A stretch of 64,000 nucleotides of DNA, taken from NCBI GenBank assembly GCA_905331295.1, contig CAJNYD010000062.1, positions 186,001 through 250,000 of the forward strand, given 5' to 3'. Below, one piece after another: positions 55,114 to 64,000 of the stretch (its first letter is position 1; each line of letters opens with the position of its first letter). The notes below the pieces were generated by a model, which ran no database searches, was not told where the DNA came from, and saw nothing but the letters and a program-made list of their open reading frames with translations. The stretch comes from Rotaria socialis (taxonomy: Eukaryota). The position numbers and the translations under genes are program-made.

Positions 55114-57925
55114 CTATTGATTTATTAAGAATTTCGGCTTTTTAAAGCGACTTTTTAAATTCTCTAGAAATGTTGAATAAGGACAATAATAATTATCACA
55201 ATTGGGTAATATCTGGGGCTATAACAAAATATACAATATACACAAAATTGAGCTAATCGTTGACTCTACTTACTTGACCAGCATAGTTAACTCCCACATA
55301 TGTTTCATTTGGATTTGTTTTTGATGCATAATATTTGATGAAAATATATGCAGCATAATTTGGCCAGCTCATTTGAAATATCTATATAGAGTTAAATAAA
55401 TACAACCTGTTAATTCATATAGAAAACTATACTTCAAGTGCCATTAATAAAGGAATTAGTGTTGTATCATGACCAGAGTAAACAAAAAGTTTTTTATATG
55501 GTCTAAAGATTTTATGAAGAAACAGCTGTGCGAAAAAAGAAAAAGAAAAATAATGAGTCTGCCTACCTATTAATATGATTTTCTTGTTGTTCTTTAAAAT
55601 TTTTTGAGATGTAATCAAAGTTTTGTTTCATTAAATAAAGAAGTGGTCCACATGTTGAACGTATGAATAAATCAAAGCCAATTGATGTTCTAAATGAAAC
55701 TAATTGCATTCTAAAGAATTATTTCAAAAGACATACGCCATCGAAACAAATTCTCGTGCAGTCATTATTTCAAAATTTTTTGTTAATTCAATAAATTCTT
55801 TTGGAATTGAAAAATTATGCGCCTATATTAAGTAATCGATAAAATGAAAGCGTAAATGACTTTTGAATAAATAAAACACAAACTTCTCTTGATACAAATT
55901 CATCATGTAACTCAATAAGACCATGAGGGTAATCTTGAACACCTGATAAATAAAAATAAACGATTTTAAAACAACAAAAAAATGTTGAAAGAATTAATTT
56001 TACCAATATTATCAATTAATGCTTGCCGAGCTACTTTCAAATCATGATTATCATTTAATGATTTATACAATGCTATAGCTGTAGGGCAATCTTTAAGTTC
56101 AGGCGCCACTTTCGGGTTTGGGAACTTCAAAAAAATTTCCTAATTACATTTTAAATTTAATCAAAACAAGCATTCTTTACCATATCTTCATCGGGAAAAT
56201 TCTGAACTTCGATTTCGAAAGGACCTTGTTTCATAAAATAAAAGATATATTTTATAATAATAATATAGAATTTACCTTTTGATTTTATTTTATTGTCGTC
56301 TTTTTCAGACGAGAATAGGCCAGCAAGAAAACAGCGAGCACTTGCTATAGTTCGATCCATATAAGTTGATCGACAGCTAGAATTCATATATAAAAACAAA
56401 TTAGTATTGCCATTTACTTCATTAGATCTATGAATGTTTCATTTAACTTGAACATGACTGCTTTAATTATTCCTTCTTTTGAAACATAAAATTCCTCTCT
56501 TGGATATTATTTCGAAAATAGAGAGATATTCTTTTAAGCTCTATTAGTAATGAGAACAATATGATCGTTCATTAATTAAATTAAAATCTAACGTTATTAA
56601 ATAACGCAAAATTCTTCTTAGATAGATAAAAGCAACAGTACTTGAACATGACCCTCTTTCATTTGACTTTAATTCTTTATAGAAGGTTAGCGTTTGAACA
56701 AGTTTTTCTCATAAATATCTTTAATTATATCAAATTTTTGGGTTCTCACCTAATTCAACATAATTAGTTGATTCAATAACAAAATATCAAACCATTGTTT
56801 AATATCGGAAACTATGGAATCGATACAAGGTATAATAATGAGAAAAAGTAAAAATTTGCATAAATTTATTTAGTGTCACCAAGCGAAACAATATAGCGAA
56901 CATTTTCTCACTCTATAATAATTTTATCATATATAATCTGAAAGTAATTTATCTAAATGCCAAGAAAATTTCTTAGATTTATTGCTTCACTTAAATTGAG
57001 GCAAATGTATAGGCTAAATTATGCTAATTTTACTACAATTTGAAGACATCAAAATCAGAAATATGTACGCGCCTATTTGATATTTAAAATTCTTCACCGT
57101 AAACATATATTGCCTACAAAATATAACTTGAAAAGTAGTCAAATCTAGTCACAAAATCCATTGTTTCCGTAACGGATAGTAGTTTGAAAATGAAAATAAA
57201 ATGTGAATGTAACATACTAGACAAGGTCTGAATCATAAGTACTGGGTATAAGTTGATGTTGATCTTGCTTGATAATTTCAGATCGAATCAGTTGTCCAAC
57301 TTGATATAATTGTTTTTCACCAATGGCAGTTAATTGACCTGTAACTACTTTTAAATCTGAAGTTGCCTAAAAGAAAAACGAAGTTTTCACAAATATTTAG
57401 TTTTTAATATTAAACAAACTTTTAATCTTTTTATTCGATCACCAATAATATCATTTGCCGATAGTACTTTATCTTTTGAAACAATATCATTACCTAATTT
57501 TGTTATTAGTTTAATATCCCATTTCGATGGTGGATACGTCTCAATATGTTCTCTAGTATAAGTTGGCTAGAAGAAAATGAAAATTTTCAAATTAAAAATG
57601 ATTCAGCGGTTTATTAGTTTGAATTTACTTCTTCAAATCCAGGTAGCAAACTAAGTGGTGTTCGAGCTCCATGCCGAAAATAAATTTGCGCACCGATCAA
57701 TTGTAAATCGTCACGCATTGTCGTATCGATTGGTTTATTTTGAATTTTTTTTGAATTCACACCAGCTGATGCCCAAGATATTAAAGTACTTTCATATGTT
57801 GACAATGATTTGGTTGATGTTCTTAAAGTAACATTAAATACACTTTCATAGCATAATTTTAATAATATTGTTGATGTTCCTGTCAGTAGTGACCACTTTA
57901 AAACTGAATGGTAACTTTGTCGCAT
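55114..57925 (-). CDS. ACP6: Histidine acid phosphatase, lysophosphatidic acid phosphatase type 6-like
   Basis: QIYFRHGARTP catalytic motif, GQLTAIGEKQLYQVG, RSTYMDRTIASARCFLAGLF, LFVYSGHDTTLIPLL (HD motif) and C-terminal C...CPYSTF. N-terminal extension may be a targeting peptide. Stop at 55116-55114. Confidence 0.85.
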
Positions 57926-59418
57926 GACCTCAGAGCAATGAAGTTTTATTTATCTATAACGAAGATTTTATTGTTTTATCATAGAAACACCAAGTTTATC
58001 GTAATTGATTTGATTAGTTTCACGTATAAAAATATAAATTTTTCAACAAAATTTCAAGTTTTAAATATAAACATAAAAAGTAAAACATGAAGCACATGAA
58101 ATTTTAACTGCCACTATTTATTAGCAAAAATTAAAAAATAAAGAATTTTTACTTTAAAATGTAGATGACAAAAAATGTTAGATTTGATTAGATAGAAAGA
58201 TCAGTGTTGGTTGGACGTGCTAATGAAGTATCGATAGCTGAAATAGATTAATAGGAATTTAGGTTAAAAATTCATCTTCAGGGTTACTTGTTTCCTAAAG
58301 AGAATTCATGTCAAACAAAACAATGTCGAAGTAAGATCGAACGAAATAATTGCCTTGATTTCCTTAAAAACTCTGAATCAACAAAATAATATCTGAGTTC
58401 TCATATATTGAAATTTTAGATAAAACTGAAAACTCTCTATTCAATTATTGTATATTCAATAATCAATTATATTTCTATAAAAAGTGTAACACTTTCTACA
58501 ATAAACATCGAGAGTAGAAATCTACAATGTTAGCTCAAAATTTAACATAAGTTAACAAAATGTTTTTAGTCTCATGCTCTTTCTACTATTTTAATTTTAA
58601 CTGGCATCTTTTTAAAGGAACGATACCTTTCTGAAAAAAAAACTTCTTCATCATAAATCCATGGGGACGAAAAACAGTCGGTATCGGTGAACAATTTAAG
58701 TTTTTCTTAATTCAATATTCATCAGGTATACTTAGAAACATAAGTTTCAGAGTAAGAAACGAAACTCGATTCTATTAGATAATCCTCGCAACCAGAACTA
58801 GTTTCACTACATATCTCATCTAGTTTGAGATAGAAGAAAATCACGTTGCTAATAATTTGACTTATATGAAAAAAATGGACAACAGGTTCTAGTTCTTTCG
58901 AATTGTTTAATTATTCATATTTATACAAAAGATTTAGAGAATTGATATCACGAACTCGAAGTTTCAATCTAAAAACATCAATAGGTTGACCTACAATTTA
59001 TTCTTATCCTATTGATGATATAGAAACTATAACTAACGCAATAATTGTCGCAATATGTTTTCTTATGTTTTTAAAGTATCTCAAGGGTTAATAATTATTG
59101 TTTCGAGAAAACATTCTTCTAGTACATTGTTCGTGATTGTTTTCTTCCGTTCTATCATATACTTTCATATCAAATATGTTGATTTAGTAAAAATCTTTTA
59201 TTTTTACAGTTTACATATCGAAGTTGAACGAATCACTAACAACCAAAAAGTTTAAACTTTTAATATGTCAAAAAATTATCGAACATTTAACTCGCTATTT
59301 TATTTTCGATAATAAAAGAATTCTCTTGGCGACAACAAAATAGAACAAATAAAAGATGGATTAGCTATGTTTTCTTAAGAGATTTGCAATAAAACATTCA
59401 TTTTCGTTCTCAAAATCA

Positions 59419-62242
59419 TTACTTTACTTCTAATAAAAACAATATATATATATACACATATACCTACAGGTTAATGCTCGATTGACCATTGCCAATTTAT
59501 CAATCAGTTGTTCTAATTGATGAACTTGCACATCATCATGATCATCAGTAGCGGATTCATTTAGTCTATATAATTAGTAAGAAGAAAAAATGAATCAAAA
59601 TCAATGTAATTATAATATTTCATTTTACTGTAGTTTGCTCAATATACTAGCGGAAAGTTGAACTAATTTGTTTGCTAATCGTTTTCCATTTTCGCGTAAT
59701 AGATCATATTGTTTCTAAGATATACGTACTATTATTTATTTATCATTGTTATAAAAATCAAAGAAATTATGATTACCTCTTTAAGACTATATTCACTTGT
59801 GCTCAGTGTTTTATATTGTTCTTCATCATTGACGGTTGATATAACAGTTTTCCGACATGTGAAGAGTGGCGCTTCATGTTGCTTTGAACTTGCGGGTAAA
59901 ACTTGTTGATCTAATGATGGCAATATTGTTCGTGTTCCTAACATATCTTGCAGCTGAAGTTTAACACTTTTTCTCGCTTTTGGTTGAACATGTAACTGTA
60001 AATGTGCCGGTTCTTTTTTACTATGACTACTTGGACTATAAGAACACGAAGCACTCATTATATCGCTTTCATACAATTGTTTTGTTGTAATTTGAGATAA
60101 TTCTTCGATTTTCGCTTTTGCATGTGCTCGACGTAAGTGAACTGTTCGATTCATCTGCCTACTTGGATGAATAACTGATGATGAAAGTGTTGTTGTTGGT
60201 TTTGAGTTTTTACCTGGTGAAATTTTTAATAAAATTTGTTTTTGGCTATATTTTGATGCGAATGATGAAGGAATAGATTTTTTGTGATCTAATATACATA
60301 ACTTATCTATAGAAAATTTGATTACATCTATTTTTGTATTATTACTCTGATTAGGATCGATTGTATCTGATGAAAAAGTCTGTTGTTCATAATGAACATT
60401 TACTGGTGTTGTTTTATCTACGATTGACTTGTGTTGAAATAAGTCTGACGAACAAATTTGGTCATATATAGTTGTCTGATATTGGTTATAAGACTGAGAC
60501 GAAGAATACAGAGGCTTTTGAGGCTTAAAAAGATAATTTTCCATAGAATTTTGATTAGAAGATATCAATTGACTATTGGCGGCTTTGATAGTCAGATGTT
60601 TAATAGAAGCAGAACTTCCTTCCAATTTCGATCTATATTAATATGAGTTTATTCATAAGCAATCCATACAAGATTCAATATTTACTTCTGTGAATTTTCT
60701 ATTTTTTGTCGAAGAGTATTTTTAGTTGGAAAAGGTTTTATTTCCAACGTTGGTGAAATAACTTAAATACAACACATGAGAAAAGTTCTTATCTTGTTTG
60801 AGAACAGTTTTTACCGAAACATTCCGCTGGTTTTATTTTCATTTTTGGTAATATAACTGGTTTTTGTTGATATTGAACAGTCGATGAAGGAATGAGACAA
60901 TTATATGGCTTATCTTCCAGCTCGTTACGTATGCTATGATGGCTGTTATTTCCAACTGAAGTTTGAGATAGTAATGGTGAGTCGTATGAATTCGTTTGAA
61001 TATTCAAATCAATAACAGGACGATTAATCATTGGTGTTGCTGAGAATCCTAATCGATCCATATAAAATGTTTCATGAAGATATTTTGTTTGATTTTGATT
61101 TTTTTTAATTGACGATAAAGTATTAGTTTTTTGTTCTGGCTCATAATCTTCTTGAATATCAGTCTCATCTTCAATAATGTAAGTACCAGCATCGCTAAGT
61201 GCATCTGCATCATGATGGTTTGATAATGGCACCAAAAAATTCGATATTTCATTATCATACAGTTGAGCATTCGATTGAAAATCAAGATTTTCTTCGTCGT
61301 TCATGATCTTGTCAAATCTATGAAGTTCCTAGAAAGAACATTAAGATTGATCATCATCATTCGATTTCATGCTTTCGGATCTTACCGATTTTATTAATGT
61401 ACGATAGGAATTTTTTTCGGAAGATGGAAAATCTAAATTAACTTAAAATATAAAATGTTTTAAGAAAATCTTTCTCCAAGGTAATATGAAAGAATATTTA
61501 CGATTCTAAAAAAACGAAAGAAAAAATACTTAATTTTTTTGTAATCTTTCTCATGCATACATCTCTGAGTGATTCGTTTTCTGTTGTTTTTATCATTGTT
61601 GATGGATTTCGAAGACCATTTTGATCATCTTCATACGGATTCGGCAAAAGTGACGACTAAAAGAGAAGAACCGATGCATTGAGATTTATTTTCATGCATT
61701 CAATTTCCCATACCTATCTTTTATAGAAAAAAAAATAAACAAGAACCTATCTCTATTTGGTTAACATATCCTACAATATGAAATGATTCACTATGGTTAT
61801 TACTTTACTCATATGATCTGCTTCAAAATTTTATTCTTATAAATATATTTTACTGTCATTGTTAGTCGATAGTGAACAACTTCCATCATCGATTGACAGA
61901 AACGAATCAGCTTATTAATAAATCCGACAAAAATCTCATAATTATTCATAAAGATGAATAGAAATCATCTAGAAAGAGGAGCACAACTCTCATCATGTTT
62001 TTCTCATTTTCTACGAATCTATTCGTCAATTGATATTTGTCGTCGATATCATTACAATATCGAAATGTAAAAAGTGTGTACCTTACTCTCTATTTTAATA
62101 AACTGATAAACAATCGTATTAATATATATGTTCCTCTGGAATATCTAATATTTTTTCTTTGAAAATCAAAACTAACCTTTGAATGATTTGGATAAAATCG
62201 GCGTAAAGAATTTGCCCATCGTTGAACATTTATTTGATCCAT
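59419..62242 (-). CDS. Uncharacterised Ser/Thr-rich multi-exon protein, possibly CEP170-related
   Basis: Long exon ORFs 59732-60625 and 60789-61304 plus small GT-AG exons. Motif DALSDAGTYIIE and C-terminal helices LANKLVQLSASILSKL / LEQLIDKLAMVNRAL. The start (MDQINVQRWANSLRRF) and the final exon are uncertain. Confidence 0.6.
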
Positions 62243-64000
62243 CGTTCTATGACCAATATTAATTTGTTGTCTCTTGCGTTTTTTTCTTCTTAACTATTTC
62301 AAATAGGTCTCATACGTATACATATGATCGATACTATCAATGAAAAAGGCCCTCTAGTTCATGAACATTTTTCAAACTGAACTGCTCGCTCGAGAAAATC
62401 AGTCAAGTGTATCAACAAATAGACATACGTAATGAGAAACAAAATATTTTCGTGATGAATAATTTTTTATTTTATTGTGAAAAAGATTTAAACGACACAG
62501 TCAACATACAAAAAATCTACGCTGATTTATAACATAAAAAGAACAAAAGTCAAATTCTTCGAGGCATTTGTTTTAAACAAAATCATACGACTCGAAATAC
62601 AAGTGAAATATATGCAGATTTATTTAGTCCAATATATCAATATAGTTATTAACATACAAGACAATATTTCTTTTATATTTTTTTCATGGAAAACATACAA
62701 TGCAACAAAAATTTTGTTTTAAACATTCAAAATTAAAAGATAATAATTAGCTAAACTTCTTATAGCGCAAAATTGACTTGATATCTTTTGAAAGATGTAG
62801 ATGAATTATATGTTGAGAGGAAACCAACACATTCAATTAAAATCGAATTCAAGTCTTTTTTATTTTAGTCGATAATACGGAAATGTTTCAAGCTTTTATT
62901 CATATAGCTAGTAACAAGATGTTTTATTTCAATTTAGAAACGAAAAGATGTAAGGGTATTTGTATTTTAGGCATTGTTTTGAATTAATTAATTTCTCATC
63001 AATCGCACCACTGTTTTTTAAATTACAGCAGAGTTCACTTCATATTCTATGCTTTTGATAAGATTAAATTTATTTTAATTTAAGATAGGAGTGAGCCTGA
63101 TCACTGCTTTATGAAGTCAATTAAAATCCTGGCATACGCTAATTATTAATGTTTCTCCTATTCAAAAAATAAAACTGTAAAAATAATGTTTTTCTAACAT
63201 TAACAGAATACCAAGTGATGAAGTAAATTGATTACAACGATTTCTCTTCGTTTCTTTTTCTATTGACGATCCTTTACTCGGTATAATCCTGAAAAGAGTA
63301 TGAATACTTTTAGTACTATTATAAAAATAGTGTTTTAATTTAGAAATTAATTTGATATTCTTCACTAACACGGATTTTACCTCGATTAACATGCATACGT
63401 TCTGTATTTGGATGATAATACAAAGAGTAAATTGATAATTCATTTATAATTTTGTATATGATGAATACGTTGAAAGCAATATAACTTTTCTTTATTTATT
63501 TGCTAATCGTAATATTCATTTAGGTTTATTATAGACAAATTCATGATGGCATAGTTGATGCTTTTTAAATTTATGTAATTCAATAAGTTATCCGTTGGAA
63601 TTCCATCTTTCAGTAGCATTTGCCACTTTATCATCTATGCATGAAAGTCTACGCTAGTAGAAAGTTAACTTTTTCGATTATAGTGGCATCAATTTTACGA
63701 CGATAAAAATCAATCACTCAAGATTCAAAACTATCATTTGAAATCTAGAATAAAATGAAAAAATTACTTTGCAAATTTAATAAATTTTGATCTTTAAAAT
63801 AAGGAACGCTTCTTTATCGAATGAAAACTAACGGTAGTCGATGATTTCCAAAGTAATATCATTTTATGTTACGAACAAACATTGGAAGCTATTGTTTTAT
63901 GGTGTCAAAAAATAATATAAAACTTGAACGAAACTTACTTACATTAGAAAAAAAGGAACCGCCAGTCGTAAATTTTCTGCTTAATATTGAAATAAAAATT

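Overview
AT-rich eukaryotic (metazoan) genomic DNA with many short (~40-70 bp) GT-AG introns. The gene style and repeat types suggest a bdelloid rotifer, which is an inference and not a database result. I reconstructed twelve spliced protein-coding genes by hand. In order: D2-like dopamine receptor (-), divergent alpha-tubulin (-), KIF21-like kinesin without a WD40 tail (-), CNOT4 (+), a USP-family protein with a degenerate catalytic His box and hydrophobic N-terminus (-), PRDX5 (+), SPATS2-like (+), HDAC11 (+), TXNDC17 (+), a single-LIM CRP/MLP protein (+), an ACP6-like histidine acid phosphatase (-) and an uncharacterised, possibly CEP170-like protein (-). There are six DNA-transposon insertions: a full-length DD37D (maT) Tc1/mariner with an intact transposase, a MULE derivative, a P-like element, a hAT-like element with a nested HINE/DINE-1-like Helentron derivative, and a Tourist-like MITE. 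The most notable observations are the operon-like HDAC11-TXNDC17 pair (65-bp gap, polyA signal, then a splice acceptor directly on the ATG), the candidate membrane pseudo-deubiquitinase head-to-head with PRDX5, the divergent tubulin/kinesin tandem and an apparent AG>AT splice-acceptor change in SPATS2. No RNA genes, CRISPR arrays or clearly foreign (HGT) genes were recognised.
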